A stretch of DNA of 54,262 nt, the filler included, from Trypethelium eluteriae (lineage: Eukaryota): NCBI GenBank assembly GCA_051942245.1. It is 2 parts of 2 records of this genome, joined end to end, with 100 filler letters (N's around TTAATTAATTAA, not from the genome) between each part and the next. Parts side by side here need not be neighbours in the genome. Positions count along the whole stretch, not along the records: positions 1 to 27,112 come from JAVECL010000340.1; 1 more part is not named here. One strand, given 5' to 3'. The notes below the pieces were generated by a model. The model worked only from the letters and a program-made list of their open reading frames with translations. It was not told the origin of the DNA and did not search any database. Within the stretch, counting starts at the first letter, position 1; each line of letters begins with the position of its first letter. Positions 11,831-22,772 of this stretch are shown here, piece by piece. The translations under genes were made by a program, and so were the position numbers.

Positions 11831-14240
11831 ATGGAGCCGGTTCAGCAAGCTGCTGGTGCGCGGTTCACTGTACAAAGCTTGCCGCCTCATGACACCCAGA
11901 TACACCAAGCTGGCTCGTGTTTCGGAGATACTCAGGTAATGGGCGGCTCCATCTTCCAAGGCAACTTCGTTGGCCTTCCTGTCAGTTAGTATCTCTCCAT
12001 TGTCACAGCGCTGGCTCGACTGCTTAGCACACGTAGACCCTGCAATCGCGGCCCGGCCCGACTACCTGGGACACTTCTCCAACTCCTCGCTGGCGCCAGT
12101 CAAAGCATTTATCCCTCGAGTCCTCCTCCGCGATCAAATCCGGGCACAGCTCTGCGACGGCGAGGCAAACGGAACTACAAGCATGCTAGCTGTGTGGGGA
12201 CTTGGAGGTGCTGGAAAGACGCAACTTGTGCTGGACTATGTGCAGCAGTATCGGAGGCAGTACAAGGCGACGTTCTGGATAGAGGCTGGGCAGAAGGAGT
12301 CGCTCGAGCGTGACTTTGTCAACCTCTATCAGACGCTGTTTGGAGAGCACAATGCTGCTGGTCAGGAGACGATTAGCGTGGATAAAGCTGTGACGGCAGT
12401 GAAGAGCTGGTTCTCTGGGCGACAAGGGCCATGGCTGTTTGTATTTGACGGCGCGGATGCGATCGACGACGAGAAGGCCAAGGGGTACATTGCCATCAAA
12501 CACTTCATTCCGGACATACCTTCTTTGCATGTCGTTATCACGACTCGAACCGGAGCGGCGAAGGGCATGACCCGGCTGGGCGGCGTACAAGTAGGTGACA
12601 TGGAAGAGGCACAGGCTATTGACCTATTTTGTAGATGCTCTGAAGTACAACGCGACGACGGAAGTATCGAGGAAGTCAAGGCGATTGTCAGAGAGCTTGG
12701 GTATCTGGCGCTGGCCATCACACTTGCTGGCACGTACGTAGGCACAACTCCCCGTCTACAATTTGACATTAAGGCATATCTTCCTGAGTATCGACAGCGC
12801 CGGCGCGAATTACTCAAACGAAAACCGGAGAGTATACTGCATCAGTACAGCGAGAGCGTGTTGACAACATGGGAGACGTCATACCAAGCTATTTCTGATA
12901 GTGATTACCCAGAGGCGGCGGATATCATGACAATGCTATCGTTCCTAAGCTCCGACGATATATTTCTACAATTATTCAATACAGGCCTTCAGACGTCAGC
13001 CAAAGCAATGTCGCACATGGATATATATAAGATCGAGGACTGCTTCAGGATATTGGAAAAGTACTCATTTTTGCAGTGGAAGAAGGATCAAGCAAGCTTC
13101 GCGATGCATAAGTTGGTACACGCCTGGGGCTTTGACAGGCTCGAAGAATCTAAGCAGTCGTCATTCAGTATCACTGTGCTCAAGCTTATGGCGGCAGCAA
13201 TTACAGGGTGTAGCAGTTGGCCAGACGACAAGCTTCGACTAGTACCACATGTGATGGCGAACTTTTATACGGTAGCTCAGCCTGGGTATATATCAAATAG
13301 GATTGGAGAGGAAATTGTTGATGACATTGAAAGTCTGGCGCTATTTCTAGCAGAGATTGGCTGGACTCGTGAAGAGCAGATGCTTAAGGAGTTTGTTCTG
13401 AGTAAGCGTAAGCAGATAGTTGGCGAGGAGCATCCCGACACTATGCGTGCCTTGGATGAGCTCGCTATTACACTCCGTCTCCAAGGCCATCTCTCAGAGG
13501 CAGCTCAGATACAGAGGGACGTACTAGAGAAGAGGAGGCGGATCCTCGGCGAGGAGCACCCCCATACAATCGTTACGATGCATAACCTTGCTGTTACACT
13601 TGGAGACCATGGCCATCTCTCAGAGGCAGCTCGGATACAGAGGGAAGTACTAGGGAAGTGGAAGCTGATCCTTGGCGAGGAGCACCTCAATACGATCCTT
13701 ACGATGCATAACCTCGCCGTTACACTTGGAGACCAAGGCCATCTCTCCGAGGCAGCTCGGATGCAGAGGGAAGTACTAGAGAAGTGGAGGTTGATCCTTG
13801 GTGAGGAGCACCCCGATACGATCCTTACGATGCATAACCTCGCTGTTACACTTCGTCGCCAAGGCCATCTCTCAGAGGCAGCTCAGATACATAGGGAAGT
13901 ATTAGAGAAGAGGAGGCAAATCCTTGGTGAGGAGCATCCTGACACAATAAGTACAACAAGCCACCTTGCTACAACGCTCCATTACCAAGGCTATTCATCA
14001 GAGGCGGTTCAGACGCACAGGGAAGTGCTAGAAAAGAGCAGGCGGATCCTCGGTGAGGAGCATCCCTATACACTAACTATAATGAAAAATCTCGCCGTCA
14101 CGCTCCACAATCAAGGCTATTTATCAGAGGCGATTCAGATGCACAGGGAAGTGCTAGAAAACAGAAGGCGGATCCTCGGTGAGGAGCATCCCCATACAAT
14201 AAATACAATGAACAATCTCGCCGTCACACTCGACAGGTAA
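11831..14240 (+). CDS. Fungal NLR: N-terminal putative amyloid motif + NB-ARC + TPR repeats (C-terminally truncated by premature stop)
   Basis: Exon 1 (11831-11984) reads MEPVQQAAGARFTVQSLPPHDTQIHQAGSCFGDTQVMGGSIFQGNFVGLPV. Intron 11985-12036 (GTTAGT..TAG) joins it in frame to the long ORF. That ORF has Walker A GLGGAGKT, Walker B WLFVFDGAD, VVITTR, LGYLALAITLAG, MHKLVH and 42-aa LGEEHPxT TPR repeats. Confidence 0.9.
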
Positions 14241-14372
14241 GGGTGTCTTTCAGAGGTAATCTCCCTTCTAGAAATCGCCCTGCGAAAGATGTAGGAGATG
14301 TTCGGCGATGAGCATCCGCACGTGAAAATGATACTGGACAATCTTGCAGGTTCTACAGACCGAGGCTATTAG
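13421..14372 (+). repeat. Tandem 126-bp repeats encoding 42-aa TPR units (7 GEEH units before the stop, 1 degenerate unit after)
   Basis: Recurrent GGCGAGGAGCA(T/C)CC, CAAGGCCATCTCTCAGAGGCAGCTC and CATAACCT(C/T)GC(C/T)GTTACACT at 126-nt spacing. Confidence 0.92.
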
Positions 14373-15435
14373 GAAATGTTGGCAGACGGGGAGAAGGAGA
14401 GCAAGAAAGCTTCACTGTATAGACATTTGAAGGCAGTAATCCGAAAGGGCCGGCGAGATAGAAATGATCAGGTAATATAGGGGCATGACTTGGTCGCGCA
14501 TGCACGACAGGATATGTTGCATAGTTTGCTCCCGCGTTCACTAAGCAGTGTGAGCAGAGCCTCATCCTCGCGGGCTTATAGCGTTTTACACAGGTGACGC
14601 GACAAGGAAGCGCAAACCGCTTAAGGACCGGTTTGGGGGGTTTCCAGCATGTGGAATTACTTTTCTAGATAGGGCAGCCGCTCTAATACTCGCTGGTGCC
14701 CGGTCAAGTGTAGATAGGCTTTCCCTGATATCAGATGGTAGCTTTGGTTAACCGCATCAACAAAATGTTCACTTAAGATCTCATGAATCGAACAGACATT
14801 GAGCAGCCACGATTTAGAGTTATGTAGAGTAGCAGCAGGCTGTAGCTGTGTTCAACTTGCTAACCCCTCCGATAACTTTTGCGGAGGATCAGCAAATCCT
14901 TTACAAATAGATTAGCCGAAACTTAGAATTACTTACCGTACCCTTAGGTTGTACGGTAAGAGCGGAGTGAACCAAGATTTCCCGTATGGTCTATATTTTC
15001 AGAGTGCTCAGTAATCATTTTCATTAGATGAGTATATCCACGTTCAGTACGAGTAATTCTCTAGCCTCCGCTATTGCCCCTATTGCGTCGTCAACAGCTC
15101 AGGCACTCACGGTCGCACCAGGAATTCTTCGTGCTAAAATTACCTCATTCTATCCCCGCAACTAGTACGAACAACAGCCGAAGGCTAATTCGTGACGAGG
15201 GCGTTCAAGGAGAATTCCAGAGGTCTTTGCTTTCGAATCAACCTCGACAACTGTACGATTACAATATGTAGATAATTATTTGACTCGACAACGCGGCGCT
15301 CGCTCAACGCTTCAAGCTTAGCTTGTCCTTTCGGTCTGTCCTGTCCCATGGCGAATTTGCTCGTTCCCTTTCCAACCGCTGATTGCTGCTTCACTTCGTC
15401 CATTCGCCCTCTTTAACTCCTTTCTTTCTACCATA

Positions 15436-16944
15436 ATGACATCTCTATCTTCGGAGAAAAACATACTTCTACTTCTTGCCGATGATCTTGGAAAGTACGT
15501 TGGGTGCTACGGCTGTCCTTCGATCAAGACCCCACATCTTGATCGCCTCGCATCTCAAGGCGTGCGCTTCACGTCCGCATTTGCGAGTACAGCATCTTGC
15601 TCTGGCAGTAGGAGCACAGTTTACACTGGTTTGCATACGCATGAGAATGGCCAATATGGTCTTCGCATGCACAGGACGCATTTTCAGACGTTCGAGCACG
15701 TTGATTCGCTGCCTAAGCTACTGCGAGAGCGAGGCTATCTAACAGTTATTGGGGGCAAGCTTCACGTCGGACCTCCGAATGTGTATAGCTGGGAAGTCGT
15801 CGAGGAAAGCGAAACCCGAGACGTCGCATGGGTTGCAGATCGATGCGAGTCATTCGTTCAGCAGGCTAGGAGCGAGAGCAAGCCGTGGTATCTGACGGTA
15901 GGTTTTATCGATCCTCATCGCGATGTTACAACGCGTGGTGGATTTGGAAATCAGAAAACCTATGATAAGCGGGTTTCCCTGCTAGATGTGCGACCGGAAG
16001 ACGTTGAGATTCCGAGTTGGCTGAGTGACCTTCCTGAGACGAGAAAGGAATTCGTCGAGTATTACCAGGCGATCCACCGTATGGATGCTGGTGTCGGCAT
16101 GATCTTAGACGCATTGGCACGTCAAGGCATGACTGAAAATACGATGGTAATCTTCACAAGTGACAATGGCCCGCCGTTCGTGAACTCAAAAACAACGCTC
16201 TATGAGGCTGGAATGAACCTTCCACTGATCGTAAGAACGCCTGGGTTGAAGCCGGGGCTGGAGAATCCGAATATGGTCTCTTTCATTGACATCCTTCCTA
16301 GTTGCCTCGAATGGACCGGCATCGATACTGCTGCAAGGACGCGAAACAGCTCAAGCCCACCAAGGTTGGGGCGGTCGTTCTTTCCAATACTCGGCGAAAC
16401 CACACTGCTTGACGAGAGCAAATGGCAACACCACATCTTTGGCTCACATACGTTTCATGAACTGCAGAATTACTGGCCGACACGCGTCCTGCGAACGCGA
16501 AAATACAAATACCATCGAAACCTCGCCTGGCGCCTTGACTTTCCGTTCGCCACTGATCTCTACGCCTCTCTTACCTTCGAGGGCATCCGTAACACGGACG
16601 GACCGGTGATGATCGGGGGTCGCCAGCTCAAAGATTATATTTTCCGGCCAGCAGAGGAGCTTTACGATCTTGACGAGGATCCGCAGGAACTGCATAATCT
16701 AGCCCCTGAAGCTGGACACAGAGATCTCTTGCTCGAGCTGAGGAGGAAGCTCGAAGATTGGCAGCGTCAGACAAAGGATTTGTGGTGGAATCGTGATGGC
16801 GTTTCCCTTACTATGCTGGCACGATATGCGAAAGACGGACTTGCAATTCCAGATCGACTGGACTTCGACGTTGAGAACCCAAGCACGAGGGGCGTTAGGC
16901 TGGTACAGTTGGATCTGGAGGATCACTCTAGAGTGAAGAGTTGA
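15436..16944 (+). CDS. Sulfatase (N-sulfoglucosamine sulfohydrolase-like), intronless
   Basis: NILLLLADDLG, active-site ASCSGSRSTVYTG, GKLHVGP, GFIDPHR, FTSDNGPPF and EELYDLDEDPQELHNLA. No obvious signal peptide. Confidence 0.9.
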   Translation: MTSLSSEKNILLLLADDLGKYVGCYGCPSIKTPHLDRLASQGVRFTSAFASTASCSGSRSTVYTGLHTHENGQYGLRMHRTHFQTFEHVDSLPKLLRERGYLTVIGGKLHVGPPNVYSWEVVEESETRDVAWVADRCESFVQQARSESKPWYLTVGFIDPHRDVTTRGGFGNQKTYDKRVSLLDVRPEDVEIPSWLSDLPETRKEFVEYYQAIHRMDAGVGMILDALARQGMTENTMVIFTSDNGPPFVNSKTTLYEAGMNLPLIVRTPGLKPGLENPNMVSFIDILPSCLEWTGIDTAARTRNSSSPPRLGRSFFPILGETTLLDESKWQHHIFGSHTFHELQNYWPTRVLRTRKYKYHRNLAWRLDFPFATDLYASLTFEGIRNTDGPVMIGGRQLKDYIFRPAEELYDLDEDPQELHNLAPEAGHRDLLLELRRKLEDWQRQTKDLWWNRDGVSLTMLARYAKDGLAIPDRLDFDVENPSTRGVRLVQLDLEDHSRVKS

Positions 16945-17149
16945 GCATGTTGTTCTGCAGAGCATAGGATAAAAGAAACTTTCGAGAAACGTCAGAGCGA
17001 AAATTCCGTGTCACATATTGGTGATGTCTCTTTGGTGTTTCTCAATTGGGCGTCATCATCATTGACAGGTGCAGACACGCTGGATGTTATGTTAATGTAA
17101 GCGGAACAATATGCTGATCTATTGCCAAATTCACACATTTGAGATCTTA

Positions 17150-18410
17150 TTATACTGGCTGACATTTTTCATCATATCCGTGGATATTCGTGCATGAAAG
17201 AGTGGCAGTACCATTCGGCGGACGGACATCGATATCTGTAAAGGTAAACCCTGTGCAATTCGACTTTGGTGAACACGCAAGCGAAGCTACCGTTGTCCCC
17301 ACGCTCGGGTTGGTGTTTCCCGTGAAATTCTTCCAGGTAACGTTCTGAAACGTGAAACCCGTAGCTGGAAAGTCCGCGCACGGGGGCACGTTGTAGCCTC
17401 CCCAGTGAGTGCACTGCTGGATAAGAACGGGCGCGGCGGTGATGTTCTGGATGTAGAAGTTCTCGAATAAGACGTTCTGAACACGGCCCGTACCGTTCCC
17501 GCCGCCTTGTGGAGGATAATAGACGCTGATTCCATTATACGTCTTGATGTACGCGCCATTGCGACTACTGACAAGCTTGATGTCTCGCGCCGTGATGTTC
17601 TCAACCAGGTCAAATTGGCCCTGATACTGGCCGAGGCTGCTGACTGCGATACCAGCAGTGTTGACACAAGTCAGATTTTGCACGTAGATATTGGTCGAGC
17701 CGGGCTTGAAACTGACACAGTCATCGCCACTGTTGATGTAGCTATTCGTAAATCCGCACGTCGTCGCTGTAGAGCGTGTCGAAACCATCTGTATTGCCTA
17801 GGTTTCCCGGATTCGCCTGAAAGTCATCGGAAGTGCTCGAGATGAAAATATTGTCGGCCGTGATATTATGAGACTCGATGATGACAAAATTCCATTTGCC
17901 GGATTGCTTGATCTCAAGATTTCGAGCTATTGAATGGTTCGCATTACGCAGTGAAAAGGGGATTGGCCTTCCGAAGAGTCCCCCTACTCCAAGAGCCAGG
18001 TCATACCACACCTGTCCCTGGCCATCGATGACGCCTTGACTATGACCGTCTATAGTAATGTACTCTCCAGAAAATTCCATAGCGATGGAAATGTTCTGAA
18101 AGTGGTAGTACGATCCATGCTGTATCCAATAACGAACGTCAGTTGAGAAAAGGATCGTTCCAAGAAAATCGATCTGTACGTTGCTTAGATTGTGCAGTTG
18201 CAAGACCGTCTGTACATAGTAAGTTGTATTTGCTGAAAATGTGATTTGACCACCTTTGCCGCAGTCTTGGAAGGCTTGGATGATTGCCGGCGAGTCATCA
18301 CTCCCATCACCAGCAGCGGGTATGACGCAAACAGGGCTCGCATCAGCTCTAGCACCAAGACAGTACCAAGATGAGAAGAAAAGCAAAAATTCCAGACCGT
18401 GTGGTTTCAT
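17150..18410 (-). pseudogene. Secreted GH28 glycoside hydrolase (exo-polygalacturonase/rhamnogalacturonase-like) with a 1-nt frameshift at ~17750 (real or assembly error)
   Basis: Signal peptide MKPHGLEFLLFFSSWYCLGARA, then DDSPAIIQAFQDC, IDGQGQVWYD and NTDGFD. After removing one T from ATTT the frame continues VRITNSYINSGDDCVSFK, SLGQY, YIKT and PPQGGGNGTG. Confidence 0.85.
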
Positions 18411-18711
18411 TTTGGAGTTCGAATCGCCCACCATGCGCTGCTGCTAAGGCAGTACTCTACTTGGGAGAACGACAACCTAGAAGTCTGGTGCTCGAGGAAC
18501 AATGATCCACAGCGAGGCTTGTCCGGCAATATTGCGCCATATGGCGACATTCTATTCCTGGTAATTGACAAGTGAAGTCGTGCCATGGGTGTTCGGCCTC
18601 TCGTGGGAATATATAGCGACGTGGGGATGGGTGGATGTAAAAACAAAGTTGCAATCCGTTTCTCTCTAAAGAGGGTTGGCCAACCCCTGACCGCCGCCTG
18701 CTCGGTACGAG

Positions 18712-21700
18712 ATGAGCTTACTCAGCCGCTTTCTCTTCCTCCTCTTCCTTGTCGCTGTCATTGCACAAGCGGATCTCAAGCCAACAGAATTTGGCAATCG
18801 GCCGACGCCGTGGGAAAGACATGATGTGCCCGCTGAATTCAGTGATCCATTTGGACTGCCACGCCCTACTTTCAGGTACTGGGTGCCGGATGCGGATGTG
18901 GAGGACAACGTCCTCTACGCTGATTTGAGGGAGATTAAAGCAGCAGGATGGGATGGTGTTGAAGTCATATGTCTCGAAAATTACGGCATCGAAAGAGCAG
19001 TCGTCGATCCCGCCATTTTTGGCTATGGAGGATCGTTATGGCGGCAACGATTCAACACGATGCTCCGCGCCGCTCAGGATCTGAATTTGACCGTGGACTT
19101 CGCTCTGGGCCCCACTCAAGGTGCTTCAATACCGATTCTAGACCCTAATTCTCCGGGAATGAACACTGAGCTGGTCTATGGCCAAGTCAATCTCACAGCT
19201 GGTCAAGCATTTTCTAGTCCACTTCCCCAGCCAATGAGAGTCAATCCTGGGTATGCCAATGCGCCAGACTTCTATCCACCTCAGGAAAGTTACACCAACA
19301 CATTTGTTGCCGCGGTTCTGATAAGAAGGAGCGACTGTAAGTGACATCAGTGTGGGTAAAATTTTCAGTCCTAATAATGTCAGCTACTTCTCATGATCCG
19401 CGCGTTGTCCAGCTTGACTATTCTAGCGTACAAGAACTTAACTCGCGCGTGGCGAACAATACCCTCACATTTAAGACACCTAACGATGGCGACTACGTGC
19501 TTCTCGCTTTCTGGCAGCGTCGAACTGGCTATTTGGCGGCCCAAGGCGCTTTTAACAATGCAACTGGCCCATCAAATCCTGCATCCTGGTTTGCTTATGT
19601 CGTAGACCACTTCAGTCAAGCAGGTACTGATCTTTGGACCAATTTCACCGAGCAGTACGTCATGAATGGTGAGAATGCCGATCTTTTGCAGCAACTAGGA
19701 CTGTACGCCTGGGAGGACTCCGCTGAGTTCCGAGCGGAACTCTTCTGGACGGACGGTTTCATTTCTTACTTTATACAGTCCCGCGGTTATAGTCCTATTG
19801 CGGCGCTTGCTTGCCAATTTGGAACCACTGGGCTGCCTCCGAGCACGCTTGCCAACGGCTTCTTTTACTTCTCATTTGTGGATGACAGTGGCGCTGATAT
19901 AAGTTGGAAGCTGCGGAACGATTATCGCCAAGCACTTCAGGAAGCATACGAACAGTATCATTTAGAAGGGCTGTCGAAGTGGGCTGCCACTTGGAATCTC
20001 CAAGGCAGTCTTCAACCATATGCGACGGCGCCCAATTTGGCTCCGCCATGGGACATGAACTCAGCTGCTGCCCACATAGACGCCCCAGAGACAGAATCAA
20101 ATTATTTCGATGATGTCTTGGATGCGTTCCGTGCTATGGGCGGAGGAGCAATGATGGGCCAGACACAAATCTTCTCTTCTGAGCTTGGAGCGCATCGTTA
20201 TTACGCGTACGCAGTGACTTGGCCGATCATTCTCAATGACTGTCGCATCAACTACGCCGGCGGCGTCAACCGTATCGTCACCCATGGATTCCCGTATTCC
20301 GGATTGCGACCCGCCGTGGAATGGCCTGGCTTGACGACCTTTGAATGGACTTACTCGGAAATGTGGGGACCTCGACAGCCTAGCTGGGACTATGTGCGGG
20401 AATTTGGTGACTGGATTGGTCGGACGCAGCTCATACTCCAGTCAGGCAGACCTCGAGTAGACATTGGCATCTATCGGCACCAATACATTTCTGTCGACAT
20501 CAAGCACTTTGGTATGGGCGAAGTAATCTTTGGTGACTCATCCCTGGCAAATGCTGGATACTCATATGTCTCCGTAAGCCCTTCCTTGCCCACCAGAGAT
20601 AACGCTGTAGTAGAAGACGATCTGCTGGCTCCGGATGGCCCGGGATTCTCCGCCTTCATTGTCGATAATTCCACAAACATCACGTCCGAGGCGCTCTCAC
20701 AGTTCCTAGATTATGCCAATAAGGGATTCCCGATCATCTTTGTAGGAGGCGTGCCCCATGAGTCTCCCTACTTCTGCACAGCTTGCGATGAATACATATT
20801 GGACAATATTGAAAAACTCTTGGCCTATCCTTCGGTTGGCAATGTTTCCACTGAGGCAGAGGTGGTGAGCGTTCTGCAGCGAATGAACGTGATTCCTGCA
20901 GCCGAGAATCTTGATCCATGCCCGATTCTTTACGTTCACCGCATCGACGAGGCTAATGGTGTTGAATATTTTTGGGCTTACAATTCTGATCTCCACGGCG
21001 ACCATGCAACGAAAGCAGCGTTTAAGGCCACAGGTACTCCCTTCCAACTTAATGCTTGGAATGGTGCAATCACGCCCGCGGTCAACTACACAGTGAATGC
21101 TGGCAGATACGAACTGTGGACTGATTTGCGCTCAAATGCAAGCACAATCATTGCTTTTGCGCCGAAAGACTTTTTTCCAAATGTCACCGTTCCTCAAAGT
21201 CATATTGTGTCAACCAACTATGAAGACGGTGAATACGACGCAGCGACTAAAAGCATTTTATTGAAGAGCAGTTGGGATGGTCCTGATGGGGCAACCTTGA
21301 GCGATGGCAGGACACTTCGCTCGAACTCTACCACCACGCTTCCGCCGGTCTCTATCTTAACCTCCTGGCAGCTCGTTGTCCAAGATTGGCTGCCCAATCC
21401 CGACCCCTACCACAACTATACATCCGTCTTTAAGTACCACAACTATACCCTCTCAGAATTGGTTCCTTGGTGCAACATTAAGGGGTTGGAGTTCTCCTCC
21501 GGCATTGGGACATATACGGCATCCTTCCAGTGGTCATCCAATAGCACATCCACAGGGGCTTATCTAGACCTAGGAAAGATTCTCCACACAGCACGTCTGT
21601 GGGTAAATGAACAGTGGACCGGTCCGATTGAAATCGAAAATCCAGTCGTAGATATTAGGCCATATCTCGTGTATGGTGTCAACACGGTCAAGATTGAAGT

Positions 21701-21851
21701 CTCGACGACGCTGAGGAATAGACTCCTGCAATTCAACAACACGCAGAGCTGGGAGCAGGCTAAGTATGCAGCTACATATGCACCGCAGCCTTATGGCCTG
21801 GTTCAGCCAGTTGTCCTACGACCGTATTCACTACTGAAGATACCATTGTAA
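18712..21851 (+). CDS. Secreted GH106 alpha-L-rhamnosidase-like glycoside hydrolase; 2 exons
   Basis: Signal peptide, RPTFRYWVPDA, DFALGP, VVDHFS, PETES, SSELGA, AGGVNRIVTHGFPYS and a C-terminal beta-sandwich (FSSGIGTY..LDLG..LWVN..GVNTVKIEV). Intron 19337-19383. Confidence 0.8.
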
Positions 21852-22772
21852 CTTGATTCAAGTGTTCAGTACAAGTTCCAAGTCCTCAGTTCATTCCAAT
21901 CGTTAAGATTGAGTTGAGCTACGGGCTACTCTAGAAACGATCACATGAGAAAGCCACTCGGTGCATTTCCCAAGTCCTTTGCCGTTGTTACCCATGTCAG
22001 AGATTGGAACGAAGGGAAAGGAACGTAAGTTGCTGGAGCCGAGAATGGCTGGTATTGGGAGACGAAATGAGTTTTATCTTAGGATGTATTGCAGAAGAGC
22101 GGTTCTCCATGACTCTAAAGTCGAGCCTGCCCAGAAAGACACAGATGTTACGTGAGCAAGCTATTTCCCTTCTACCTTGCGGGCGGTAGGCTCGCTTGAG
22201 ACTAATGGTGGCGCCACTCGCGAAACAATGGTCCGTAAGTAGTACGGCAGCTTGTTTACCAGTCATCTTCCCGAAAATGGACTAGATACAGGAATCGGGT
22301 AGCACTCTGTGTACCATCCTGTGTACCAACTTTGTTTCAACCTCTGGTCTTGAGTTTTCAACGGAAGTGTCTGATCCCAAACATTAGGACCAAGCTTCTA
22401 TGATGAACTATATGCAACCTTGGGAATACATAATTCACGCATTACCAGCGCCACACTATGCATGAACCTGAGAGTCCCGTACGAAGTTCGGGGAACAATG
22501 CAGGAAGAAAAGACCAATCGACGTAAGAATTAATATGGGGCATCATCTCCGCAGACTATCCTAACCACTTCTTACTCATTTATCAAAATCTAGATAATTC
22601 TCCGCTTCGGAAGACCTCAGCATAGACTTTCCCCATTATTCATAGACATAGAGCCAAGCACTTTCGTACTAATCACGGCCAGCCAACAGAAAGAATCTGA
22701 AGAAAACTTCTAGATTAGATCTTGCGGTGCAATTAAAACGCTGCGTAGAAGCAGCAAAGGATTCAGAGGGTC

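Noticed and set aside
11970..12036. ORF-track start (TTG 11970) of the 756-aa NLR
   Set aside because: Non-ATG start lying mostly within a predicted intron; the ATG 11831 exon splices in frame and carries the shared motif.
13421..14240. Regularly spaced direct repeats resembling a CRISPR array
   Set aside because: In-frame 126-nt coding TPR repeats in a eukaryotic gene; no unique spacers or cas genes.
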